From: Azolla caroliniana
Lineage: Eukaryota; Plantae; Polypodiophyta
DNA: 64,000 bases
NCBI GenBank assembly: GCA_043228905.1
Contig: JBHGNT010000021.1
Location: forward strand, 2,914,001-2,978,000
Reading direction: 5' to 3'
Shown: in pieces, positions 26,130 through 38,362 of the stretch
Layout of the letters: each line of letters begins with the position of its first letter
Position numbering within the stretch: the stretch's first letter is position 1
Notes under the pieces: model-generated
The model's database searches: none
What the model saw: only the letters and a program-made list of their open reading frames with translations
What the model was told of the DNA's origin: nothing
Translations under genes and position numbers: made by a program

Positions 26130-27497
26130 AATTATAAGTTTAAGTTAATTGCAAAAATTAGGTTTATAAAGTATTAAGAAAAGATAGATGCTTAAGCTTT
26201 ACCTATTAGGAAATAGAAAATGAGGAAGAATCATTAGAGATGGCTCATCATTTTGCCTCACCTTTATAATTATTCATATTTAACAATATTATAATTATGT
26301 CCCTTTCACACTTGGAGTTAGGGAGGGTCCAAACGTTTATAGACATTGGATGTATACCCCATTACAATGTTAAGATCCCTCTCTCACGATAAAAGCATGG
26401 AATTATGTAAATTTCACTTGTTACAACTTCTTAGTCTCCTCTACTTACCTTTGTCAAGACAGGGACATCATATAAAACCACACACACACACTCGAGGAAA
26501 ACACGACAATGGAGTATGTTCACCAGTATATGGGTAATGGAACATGTTGAATTGGCAATAGGCAAGATGAATGCTTCGTGAAGGAAATAATTTCAACTTA
26601 CTCCAATAAAGAAAATTGTCATATTAGAACTCCCTTCAACTTTTGTAGATATGCTTTGACTCCATACCTATCATCAAATACAAAAGCATTGTGATATATC
26701 CCAATTATAACGCATTCCTTAATATCTTAGAAATAGGAAAACAATCTCCATCTTTGATATGACTTTGGGTTGACATGTGTGAATTATGCAAACGACCATT
26801 ATCTTGGTGTCAAATAACATTGTCACAAAACTTGCCAAAATTGAGAAATGTAACTCCAAGACTTACAAGTAATTAGACATTGCATGAGACGATGTGGACA
26901 CCCTCTCTCAATGTCTATTGTCCTATATCTACAAGAAGTCCTTAGTGTATCGTATCCCTAGGCTATAGGATTAGAGATGAAGTGTCAAATGAATACTCAA
27001 TAGAGATCAAACTATCAATTTCCTAGTTAGATTGCAACAATTAATAATATTATTAATTGTGATTTAGAAGTATTAAATATCATCATTAGACAATTAAGCA
27101 TCATTCAAGAATGAGAAGAACGGTGTGACATTGTTAGACATGAGATTTAAAAAGAGAAGTTTACTTTTATGGGAATTGTTAACATTGTCCTATGTGACAT
27201 ATTTTTTATATTCCCCTTTCAAAGGTACGTAACATGATAAAAGGAAAACTTGCTTTCAGTTTCTTGGCTTGATGATGGATAGACACGTGCAAATGAAACT
27301 TTGATTTAATTTTCCCTTTTTCTTACTACTACAGACTTTTCCCATTCTTATTGCTCCTCTATTGAGATGTTATCGATAAGTTTCTTCCTTTGTGCAATGT
27401 CAGGTTTGTTGATGTGAGTATTGGAGTCACTATTAAGTGCCTGATTTGCAAGTTGTCATTTGATTTTGAAGTCCATGGGTCCTCTTTTGATTACACG

Positions 27498-27680
27498 TCT
27501 ACTGGAGGATGAATATCACTTATTTTTGACATGCTCAACATGTAAAGTAATGCGCGAGAAATATGGCAACTTGTTAGATGGGCAAGATAATGTAAATGTC
27601 ACACACAAATGTCCATCAAGAATGGTGAACACAGAATTGGCGTGAATTATTTTCACATATAGAGTTTTTACTACATAGTA
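27498..27680 (+). mobile_element. 5'-truncated non-LTR retrotransposon (LINE) ORF2 3' relic
   Basis: Translates LEDEYHLFLTCSTCKVMREKY, matching the EDExHxxxxCxxYxxxRxxY second half of the C-terminal CCHC knuckle of LINE ORF2. Confidence 0.5.
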
Positions 27681-28169
27681 GTAACCACCCTTCTTAGGAA
27701 GGAGCCACGTGAAGATGATATGGGAGTTGCCCATACAAAGTAATAACCTCGGCATGGATCATAAAATATATCTTATTCTATAATACTTTATTCTAGTAAC
27801 AAACATGGCATTCCCACCTCATCATGGATCACAAGTATATCTTATTCTATTATACTTTATTCTAGTAACAAACATGTCAATGGGAGTGCTTTGTGATGTT
27901 GATGCCCATCGTATGATCATTAAAGTGTTATTCACTCTAGAAGAACAATTCATTGGTAAGATGTGGGTGTCACTACTTGCCTATGGGCCTATAGTCAAGC
28001 TCATATTGACTTAATCTCGTCCAACAACATGTTCTCTTCCTTGTTACTAAGCACACACACTCTCTCTCTTTCTCTATCATAATTAGTTTACCCTAGTGGC
28101 AAGTTGTTATACTACAATTCCTATGTCAATTTTTTACCTCACTAATATTATACATCATACGTATATCTC

Positions 28170-28259
28170 TTAATTCACTAGATGCCACGGTGGAATGTAA
28201 GGGGTTGAATCCATGACCTCCTGGTCTCCATTAGGCAACCTTTTCGATTGAGCTAAATC

Positions 28260-28262
<3 letters not shown>
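28170..28262 (-). mobile_element. Degenerate tRNA-derived SINE head (second family)
   Basis: Minus strand reads TAGCTCAATCG (A-box-like) ... GAGGTCATGGATTCAACCCC (B-box-like). No intact cloverleaf and no TSD found. Confidence 0.45.
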
Positions 28263-28297
<35 letters not shown>

Positions 28298-29820
28298 TGT
28301 GTGTGTAAACACATAATATATAAACAAATATGCGTGGAATACAACACTTACAATGTGTATCACAACGGAGTATGGTCACCACTACACAGGTAGTGGAACA
28401 TGTTGAATTGTCAATAGGAAAGACGAACATTCAACATTAGTACTACCAAGGAAAGAATTAGTATGAGAAATTCGTCATATTAGTACTTCAATATTCATAG
28501 ATATACTCTGAGTCCATGCCTATCATCAAATATGAAAACATTGAGAATATCCTAAATATGATGCAATCCCCAATCCCTAGGAAATAGGAAAATAATGTCC
28601 ATCTCTGATTTTGGATTTACTTGTGTGAATTGTGCAAACACCCATTGTCTTGGCTAAATCTGAGAAATGTAACTCAAAATTTGACAAGCAAGCAAACATT
28701 GTAAAAGAATATAGTGCTCGTTGCTAGTCCATGTTGCTTTAGAGCTAATTCGAAAGGCAAACCCCCAATCTAAACTCGCCAAATGAAAACCTTCGCTACA
28801 AGTGACAATTTAGAATGCCAAGTACGTTTTAAACTTTGCAACCATTCATAATCAAATTTATGTAATTTTCATTATTCTTCAGATTTAGATGAGATTGCTT
28901 CACATGTACCATATCAGGTCAAGATGTAGGATGTAACACTTTTTTAAGTAAACAAGTTTGACATTGATTACCTATGAGCCCATATTGAGTTGCCACATCT
29001 TAGCCTAACGATAACATTGACATTGCAACTAAGAAATACTGATGTGAAATTGATTATGGATATCCAAAATTTCATCATCCAATTCATATATCAATTATAC
29101 ATCACACCTCGAGAGAACCTATGAGATAAGGATTACAAATGGAGAGAGAGAGAAGAGGGGGGGGGAGAGGGATATTGGTAGGGAAAAGAGAGATTGAGAT
29201 ATCCATTTAATCACTTTTTTCGATTAGGAGAGATAGAGTTGGGTGATGTTGTTGATGTTAATTCTTGAAGGTTAATAGAGTTTGAAGAAGCCAATGCTCA
29301 TTACATATTTCGTCGAATTATGGATTTAGTTGGCAAAATTTGCAGAGCACATTATTGCTTCGAGATTCTTTATCTATGTTGATGCATTAACAAACTTGGT
29401 TGGATTGGTGCTCAAATGGTAAAACACATTTCTTATATTGGTCGATGCAAATGTATAAAACGATATAAGCATGGTGGCTAGTGAGTGGAATATATACAAG
29501 TATGATTGTAGGGTGGTGGAAAGTTTTGCAATGTAGTTGGCATTCACGATTGTAATTTAGATAACAATATTTATATTCGAAAAGTGATATTTGGGTGATC
29601 TACCTTTAGGCGCATGTACTAAAGAGACGAGGCTTGTGAATAAGCACACATTTTTTTTGTACAATTTAGCCAGAAGATAGTATGTTGGATGGTTGGCAGA
29701 CAATTTTGCTGCTCATATGAAGATTTGGAAATACATACATATGAGATATATATGGCAAGTTGTATATGGGTGTTAATTGAATGCCAAAAAAGTGGGTATT
29801 TTTGAGGAGCATATACGGAA

Positions 29821-30135
29821 CTAGGAATCTGCAACGGTTCGGTTTTGGCTTAACTAGTTTGGCCTTGTCAAAACCAAATTGCTAAACCGGTTTGGGAATT
29901 TTCAAACGTGAAGCAAACCAATCCCTCAACCGGTATGGCCAAAACGATTAAACCTTAATCGGGTTAGGAACTAGTTTAGCCCAAACTGGTTCGGTTCAGC
30001 TTGAGTCTTGCCAAATCGAGCTCAAACCGGTTAAGGAAGCTCAAGCTTGAACCATGTCGAAACGAACTGCCAAGCCATCAAAACGTTTAAAAACGGTTCA
30101 ATGGCTCGGTTCAGGCTTGAGCCGAGTCGAAGCGA
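29821..30135. mobile_element. Possible MITE/DNA-transposon relic rich in AACCG/CGGTT motifs
   Basis: Dense short motifs (GGTTCGGTT, AAACCGGTT, GAGCCGAG) in both orientations, as in plant MITE subterminal repeats. TIR and TSD were not resolved. Confidence 0.35.
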
Positions 30136-30245
30136 TAAAATGTGAAATTATATATTGGCATAGTTGTAGCATACAATACACGTAGAATAATATACGCTAA
30201 GTATTTTGTAAGAGTATTCTACCTTATTTATCTTTAAAAATATGT

Positions 30246-30668
30246 TAAGTACGTATTGTACAGAAGAAATACGTAGAATATGTTAAGTCACAAAAATACC
30301 CCTTCCTTTGAAAATACGAGTCTCTCTGTGTAAGTACGTATTCTATAGGAAAAATACGTAGAATATGCTAAGTCACAAAAATACCCCTCCATTTGAAAAT
30401 ACGAATATGTCAATGTAAGTACGTATTGTACAGAAGAAATACGTAGAATATGTTAAGTCACAAAAATACCCCTCCCTTTGAAAATACGAGTCTGCTTGTG
30501 TAAGTACGTATTCTACAGGAAAAATACGTAGAATATGCTAAGTCACAAAAATACCCCTCCATTTGAAAATACGAGTATGTCAATGTAAGTACGTATTGTA
30601 CAGAAGAAATACGTAGAATATGTTAAAGTCACAAAATACCCCTCCCTTTGAAAATACGAGTCTGTTTC
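30246..30668 (+). repeat. 85-bp tandem repeat x5 with alternating A/B variants (170-bp higher-order unit), upstream of ASF1
   Basis: Units start TAAGTACGTATT at 30246, 30331, 30416, 30501 and 30586. Units 1, 3 and 5 share GTACAGAAG..GTT..CTTT, while units 2 and 4 share CTAYAGGAA..GCT..ATTT. Confidence 0.95.
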
Positions 30669-30745
30669 TCTGAAGACGAAGAAGACGGACCCCCTTCTTC
30701 TTCTTCTCCTTCTTCTTCTTCTTCTTCTTCGTCTCCTGTTTTTCA

Positions 30746-30755
30746 TTTTCCCGCC
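30746..30755 (+). promoter_or_regulatory. Canonical E2F binding site TTTTCCCGCC about 250 bp upstream of the ASF1 ATG
   Basis: Matches the WTTSSCSS consensus and lies just after a CT-rich (Y-patch) tract. ASF1 is an S-phase gene. Confidence 0.55.
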
Positions 30756-30998
30756 ATTGCAGAACGCAGACGAAGAGACGACAGTCGAAGGAAGCAGGTA
30801 GCTTTGGAAGGATCCGCCTAACGACCGCAGATTTAGAAGGTCTCCTCGTAACCTGCTAGAAGAAGGTTAAGCAAATTAAACACAAAGAAAAAAAAAAGGG
30901 AAGAAAGAAGGATACGTAGAAGCAGGTGTCGGAACGAGAAAAGAAGAAGAAGAAGAAGAAGAAGAAGCCCTGAAAGCAGAGAAAGGAAGAACGGAACC

Positions 30999-33900
30999 AT
31001 GAGCGCTGTGAATGTAACTAATGTTTCGGTTCTTGACAATCCTTCCATGTTCCTCAACCCTTTTCAGTTCGAGATCGCATATGAATGCCTCATCCCTCTA
31101 AGCGAAGGTCAGTTTCTTACGCCTAAGATACTTCGTCAGTTTCTTATAGAGGCAGCTCCCTATATTTAGCTCTGTTCTACTCCCCTTCTAGCTCAGAAAT
31201 GCCCCCTGACAATAAACTTGATAATCGCTGTTTTTATTGCTTTCCTGTTTCCCTTAAAAAATTTACATGTGTGGTAAGAATTAGGATTTTGAACGTGAGA
31301 TTACGTAACGTAAATAATTAGTTTTAATTTTTTGTTTTCTTTATGGCTCAGAGATAGTTTGAGTTAAGGTACGAATTAGGTTATTTATTCTGGTTCGCAT
31401 TTAACCTCACGTCAGTGTACTCAGAATTAGAGCCCCTTAAAATATGCATCAGTGCAGTATTCTACTGAAATCGATATTTTGCATCTCCTTTACCCTCAGA
31501 TATCTCTTGAATAGGAGTAAAATTGAGGATTCTTTGCTTCTCTTTGCATAAGTAGTCTAAGATACGGGATGCAGTTGATTCTCGTTTAAAATTTCTGTTT
31601 TTGTTAGTATTATGAAGGTTCAAGGTTTATTTTTTGATTCTCTTAGAGGTCTTTACGATAAATACGAGAAGTCGAGAGTTGTTTCAGTATGCTCAAGAAT
31701 CAGTTTTTTTATCTTCCCGTTTAACCTGAAATTCGGCACAAGTATGCTAGGAAATAAGAGTTTAACCTTAAAATTTGCATGAGGACAATCTTCTAAAGAT
31801 TAGAAGTTTTTTGTGTGCCCTCATGCTCGTATATCTTTTGAATAATTTAAGAGTTATATCTATTTTCCTACCTGTTAACCTCAAAAACTGTGTCAGTATG
31901 CCTAGGAATTTTGCTTCCTTCTTAGTCTGTCATTTTGCAATAGCTTGCTAATATTTTTGCTTCCCATTTACGCTTAAAATTTTCATCAAAAAATTGCTTT
32001 TGTTTTTCCGTATCTCTATGCTCAGATATCTCTAATATAAAATGGGTTATTTTTTGTTTCCGTTTTAGCCTTAAGTTTTGTCAGAATTAAGTTCTTATTT
32101 CCCTCCTTTTTATTTGTATGTTTCATAAGAATCAGGTTTTGTTGGCCTTCCTCTTTTTTCTTAATTTTTGTAATAATTGGTTTTCTTTTGCATTCCATTT
32201 AACCCTAAATTTTGTGTCAGTACTCTAAAAGAATTAATTTTCTTTTAGCATCTGGTTCTGTATGAGTGTGTTTTTGATTCCTTTCACACTCAGAGTTCTT
32301 CTCAGTTAAGATAAGAAATATACATATGTGTTTGCTTCTCTTTATACCTTAAGTTTTGGAAGTAGGAACTTTGTTACACTTTTAATGGTTAACTCTCATT
32401 GATATTCTAAAACAATGAGGTTCGATTTGCTTCCTTTTATTCTAAAAGTTTACATCAATATTGCTAACTTCTAGTTTTCTTTCGCTTCCTTTTTAATCTT
32501 TGGTTTTTTGAGAAAGTCTTTAATTCCTGTTTAACTTTAAATGTTGTATTAGTATTCTATAGAATTAGGTTCTCTTTAGCTTCAGTGCTGAAAAATGTTT
32601 AATAAACTGGACAGTTTATTGGGGGTGTTCTTTGTCTTCTGTTTCTTAGTAAAAGTTTTGGTCGAAATGGTTAATGTATTCTTGCCCATATTTTCACATC
32701 TGAATGAATCTGAGAATTGGGTTTGTTGCTTTCCTTCATGCTTAGAGATGGTTAATACAAGCCTGAGAATTAGGGTTTTGACTTCCTTTTATGACCAGAG
32801 ATGTTTTCAATAAACATGTTCTACAGGATGTGTGCTTTGCTTATTGAGAGTAGTAAGTTTTTTCGTTCAAATATCAGACTATATATTTTTTATTATTAAA
32901 ACTCCCTTTTTATTTGCATGCTGTTTCAATGATCATTTCAACAAAGCATGCTAATTCTATAGATGCATTTCTTTTCACGATACTTATCATGTTCAGCATG
33001 TTATTTGATAACTGTTTGTCGATACATTTAGATCTCTGGTTCAATATGTGATTTTGCCAACAAAAGACCACATCAACCATAGTACGTAAAATTCGTGTTC
33101 GTCTACTATATCATTCGTTTTCCTACTTTGGAAAACGAACATGAATGATATTCAAATATTCGTGTGTTTTTTTTTTCCTTTTTTCCCTTTTTTTCCCTTT
33201 TTTTTTGGTTTTTTACCTCTTTTCCCCGCTTTTCCTCTGCACATCAACGCTACGCTCTGCTCTCCTCCCCTTTTCCCCCTTTTCCTTGAACGATCTACTG
33301 CTTGCATCGTGCACACTAGTCAATAGTGAGTCAGTGACCACATCTTCTCCTGGCCATTACTTTCTGTAATTTTTCATTAATTTCTGTAATTTTTTCGTAA
33401 TTTCTGTAATTTCTCTATAATTTCTGTAATTTCGTTGTAATTTCGTTGTAATTTCGTTGTAATTTCTGTAATTGTTTTGTAATTTCTGTAATTTCTATAA
33501 TTTTTGTAATTTTTGTAATTTCTCTATAATTTCTGTAATTTTGTTGTAATTTCGTTGTAATTTCTGTTATTAAGAAGGTAATGTTTATTTTTTGCAATTT
33601 TTAAAATTTTTTTTACCTTGAAATTTTTTTTACCTTATAGTAAATAATTTATCCAAAAGTATGGTATTTATCATCCTTCGAGGGTGTTTACCCTTCTCGA
33701 ATGATTGAATCATTCTCGTGAATGGTACGCATGGTTCATACTATGACATCAACAATTTAGCCATGTAGGAGAACACATCTCTTTTCTCTTTGTTGTACTT
33801 AATTCAATGGCCCACCACAGGTTCTAATGTGAATGTTGTGAACAGAATGTGCTGTGTTTCGACAAACAGTAAATTTGAGTGATGTAGGAAAAGAAACATC

Positions 33901-35380
33901 CATCTGCATTAGCAACCAAGTTTTATCGTGTTTCTTCTCTTTGCTAACAGGCCATGGTTTTGTTATTTGCTAGAAGACTAGTGATATGTTTTTTGTGTTA
34001 TATTATTGAATAACACTTTTTGTGAACAAAATGCTATATAAATTGACAAAAAATAAATTCAAGTCATCTAGGAGAGGATATATCTCTGTCCATTAGAAAA
34101 TAAAATTTATAATGTTTATTTATTTCCTGAAAAGACCAGAGGTTTGCTCTTTACTTAGGACTTTTCTCTTTTGTGAACAAAGGCCAACAGTAAATTGTAG
34201 TTGTGTAGGAGAATTAGAACAGAAAAACTACAATTTTTCTTCCTGTGTTAAAAGGCCATATACATTTGGACTTACGTCTAAAAGATGAGTGTTTGCTCTT
34301 TGTATCAATTTATTCTATGCCAGACGTGATTTAATAATTTGCATTTGAAAAGGAAAATCTATCACTCTTTGCAGAAAATCCACGTATTTGATCTTTGCTA
34401 ATAAGGCTAGGTCTTGGCAACTTGTCTCACTCACTTTATTTAATGTCAGACTTGGAATGGAAGCTTACATATGTGGGGTCGGCAGAGGACGAGAAGTATG
34501 ATCAATTGTTGGAGAGTGTTCTTGTTGGTCCCGTAAATGTTGGAAATTATCGATTTGTTTTCCAGGTAAGAAAGATATGGGAATGATGTGTTTAACATAA
34601 TATACAGAAAAAAACATGTTATTATCAATGATTCTCATTGTAAAATTAATCTATAATTTATTATCACAATAGAAAAGTGATATATATCCAAATAATTGCA
34701 AAAGCAATTCATACTTGGTTTGATGACATTTTTGCATACACAAACGCATCCACATGTACTTTGGGATCTGTTAGGTTTAAGTAATATATTTAGAAAATAA
34801 ATGTAGTGGCTTCTTGAGTCAATTCATATTATTAAATTATTATCTATTGAAGTCTCCTCTCTTTTGTACAAATGCATATACACATTATAACTTGATCTGT
34901 GCCTAAATGACGTATAATTTTTCTTGGGGATGTACATGTTTGAAGTGGCCTGCTTATGTTTCTTTACAGGCAGACCCGCCGAAGCCAGACAAGATCCCTG
35001 ATGAAGACATATTGGGAGTAACTGTCCTTCTTCTGACATGTTCTTACATGGGTCAAGAGTTCATTAGGGTTGGTTATTATGTCAGCAATGATTACATTGA
35101 TGAGCAATTGCGAGAAGAACCACCTCCCAAGGTCTTACTTGACAAAGTTCAGAGAAACATTCTTGCAGACAAGCCTAGGGTTACGAAATTTCCTATAGTT
35201 TTCAACCCCCCCTGTACTACTGATGTTGCAATGATCAATCCCCCATCTGAGAATTCATCTCTTTTTGTATTCCCTCCTGCTGATGATGTATCTCACCCAA
35301 TGGATGTCGAGAACTCAAATCCTGGGTTTGAGGTCGAGAACTCAAATCTTCTATCTGAGGTCGAGAACTCGTATCAATAA
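30999..35380 (+). CDS. ASF1: Histone H3/H4 chaperone ASF1; exons 30999-31107, 34450-34565, 34970-35380
   Basis: [88 protein letters not shown] and [13 protein letters not shown]. Introns are GT..AG and in phase. Confidence 0.97.
33078..33745. mobile_element. Non-autonomous hAT-like DNA transposon in ASF1 intron 1
   Basis: Imperfect TIRs CATAGTAYG...CATACTATG and a perfect 8-bp TSD ACATCAAC (33070-33077, 33746-33753). It contains a (TAATTTCTG/TAATTTCGTTG)n minisatellite at about 33360-33570. Confidence 0.8.
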
Positions 35381-37714
35381 CAATCTTGTGATAAGATAGA
35401 AGACTTTTTTGGGGGGTGGGCACATTTTATATGCCTAGCACATGCTTAAATGATAGAGATGTTTGTTACTAGATTTTACGTCTAAATTCACAAATGCCTT
35501 GTATGATAGTGTTCTAAATCTATTCCTCATCCTTTTTGCACAGTGTCCAGAAAAGGTGGTTCTGATCAAGGACTATGTCTGATGTTACCTCTTCTGTGAT
35601 GGTTTTAAGTAGTCAGTTTTAAGTCACGCTTGGTAGGTCAACGATAGACGTCAAATAGAATATAAACCATATAGTAAATGGGGTCTACATCAAGGCGATG
35701 TTAAAATGGGGAACACATTGCATGTTTTCTGTCTCTGAAGTTTGTATTGAAAACCTGTACTAAAGGTTGGTTTGTTGCGAGCATTTATTGAGGACTTGAT
35801 CAGCTCATTTTCTCTAATGAATCATATTCTTTATTTTTCTCTTCTTGTCTTGACTATCTTTTAGGAAATATCCCAGTTATAAGGTTTCCATCATTGATTG
35901 AATTATCCATTCTTTAACATAGAAGAACTAAAAAAGGTTATTAAATTTCCCCTTGCTATTATTATTCCTCACCACATGAAGATAATATTATTACCCGTAA
36001 ACATAAAATGTAGGTCATATGATCATTGTACAGTTTTCTGTCAGCTGATACTATTATATGCTACAAGTAGGAATAATTGAATCAATAAAGGGTGGAATAT
36101 ATGGACACCCCATTATATAAGGAAACACATCCATATTAGCTTTTATGGTGCACTATCATATATGGACATTGGTAAAATATGAAAACAATTCCATTGACGT
36201 TAATTTTAAACAATGGTCATACATACATGATACTAGAAGCAAAGACATGAAACATATATGACAATACCTCAATTTATCATAACCCTTGGCATCGCAAAGG
36301 AAGAGAAAGTTTAGAGCTTGTCTCAAAGGAACATACAAATAAATAATTGAAAAGACCACTTGTATATTCAGCCAAAACAAGGAAAAGAACATAGAATTTC
36401 ATGGTTTCACATTATTCCATGCTCTAAAGTTGATACAATAGAGAGTAAAGGGAAGAGACTTAGGGTAGATCATATATGTAGAAAAGGTGTGCCAACTCCA
36501 ACTTCCAAAGATGCAAAAATTGATGGAAAAGAGCCATTAACTTCTAATATGTAATATATTCAAGGTTGAAGGAAAGGAATTGTAGATGATATTAAAATGT
36601 TGTTCAGTTCAGTAGGCATGTTCATAGGGGTCTAGGAAGCTTAGCATGAACAAGATAGGCATGTAATATATTTAAGAGTATTCAAACAAATGGGAGAAAA
36701 AAGAAGAGTTGTCAAAGTGAAATCATGTATGAGTGTGCATATGTTTATGGTTTAAAGTAACCCTTGTGGAAAACAACTTGAGAATACCTAAGGTTCCATG
36801 GTCAAGAGGGAAAGTTAAGTGAGGAGAAGAAATTGAAAGGATTTTATTAATAAGAAATAGATGGATGATAAAATGGACTTGTTAGGGCCATAGCCAAGAA
36901 CAAGATTCAATTGAAGAAAAGAACGGGGGGAGAAATGAGAGAAAAAAGAGGAGATTAACAATGCATTAACAATAGAATTGATGCAAAATGGTTTCATTAA
37001 TAAACACATGCATTATAGCCTATGTGAGTGGCGACATTTCATAAAATTATATACATACTAATATAATATATCCTAATGATCATAAGTTCAAATCTATATC
37101 ATGCTTTTGGGGGTAGAAAGAGACCAAACCTAAAATAGTGTTACTGTAACTTAAAATTAAATGGTCATACATGTATACTTTGTAAATACATATCAAGAAT
37201 ATGCACGAAGGCTTGATTCATGCTTTCTTCACATTAAAATACTAAAAATACACAAACTAATGCACATATCAAAGGTTACACCCTATGGACTATGACCATC
37301 ATCAATCGACAAAAATTATGGGGATATAAAATTGAATCACTTCAGTGGTAGTTATGTGCCATGCTTACTGAGCAGCATAAAACCATTTCTCTAATAATAT
37401 CACTGGATTCCTTGTAAGGATTAATAAAGCAACCAAGGGCTTTCAGTATTGGTTTGAATTTCTTTATATAATTAAATAGAAAATTAAAACAAAAAAACTC
37501 AAAAATAAGATGAAAAACTATCTTCTGGTTCACTATAGCCCCCTAAAAATAGCACAAACTTCACAAATAAAAACAACAAAAATAAAGAAATCAGATAGTT
37601 ATCCGTCCCATGCAAAGTTTCATTGTCAGTTATAAAAATTCAATTAGGTTGATTCTCTTCCAACAAAAGCTAGGTCGTTTGGCAATGAACTGCAAAAAAG
37701 TTATATGCCCTTCC

Positions 37715-38310
37715 ATATTCCAATGGACTCCAAATAATGAAAGCAATATCCATATGCATAAGCCACACTTTCCATTGGACTCCAAAGAAAAAGCTGCAAA
37801 TCCATATGCATAAGCCGGACTTTCCAATGGACTCCGACATAGCTTATCCATACACCAGCTACTTTGCAATAGAATCCTAAAAACACCAGCTGCTTTCCAC
37901 TGGATTGCAAAGAAGATACATATCCATATGCTCTGCATTTCACAGTTCCTTTTCACTGGACTGAAGAACAGACACATTCATTATACAGCCATATATGAGT
38001 CGCTTTTCATGATGAACTACCAAAACTCATATATCCATCTACATAAAAGCCAAACCCCAGCCTTTTCAATAACTTCAAATGAGCCATATCCAGATGCGTA
38101 AGGCCAGTCTTTCATGAACTCAACAAAAAGCTAAACCCATATACCACCGCTGCCTTGATGGACTAAAGAAGCAGTAAACACACGCGTAAAGCCAACTCCA
38201 AAAAAGATATATCCATATGAATATACCCATATTGCACCACATTTTCTTTCGTAAAAGAAGTTATATCCATATGGACGCCCAAAAAACCTATATCCCATAT
38301 GGATTCAGGC
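37715..38310. repeat. Degenerate tandem array of about 50-bp units downstream of the NTH1 stop
   Basis: Recurrent TTCCAWTGGACTCC and ATCCATATGCATAAGCC motifs that decay progressively toward 38310. Confidence 0.7.
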
Positions 38311-38362
38311 ATGCTCTCTGTCTCTGTCCATGGGTTGTTAGTCATAACGGTAAGTGTAATTT

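Larger units (their letters stand above)
26500..28700 (+). repeat. Diverged direct repeat of about 350-400 bp at roughly 26500-26885 and 28362-28702
   Basis: Collinear shared blocks GGAGTATG.TCACCA, GGAACATGTTGAATTG.CAATAGG, CTATCATCAAATA, GAAATAGGAAAA and TGAGAAATGTAACTC. Confidence 0.75.

Noticed and set aside
37715-38310. CRISPR-like array
   Set aside because: The context is eukaryotic, the repeats are degenerate, the spacers are mutually homologous and there are no cas genes.
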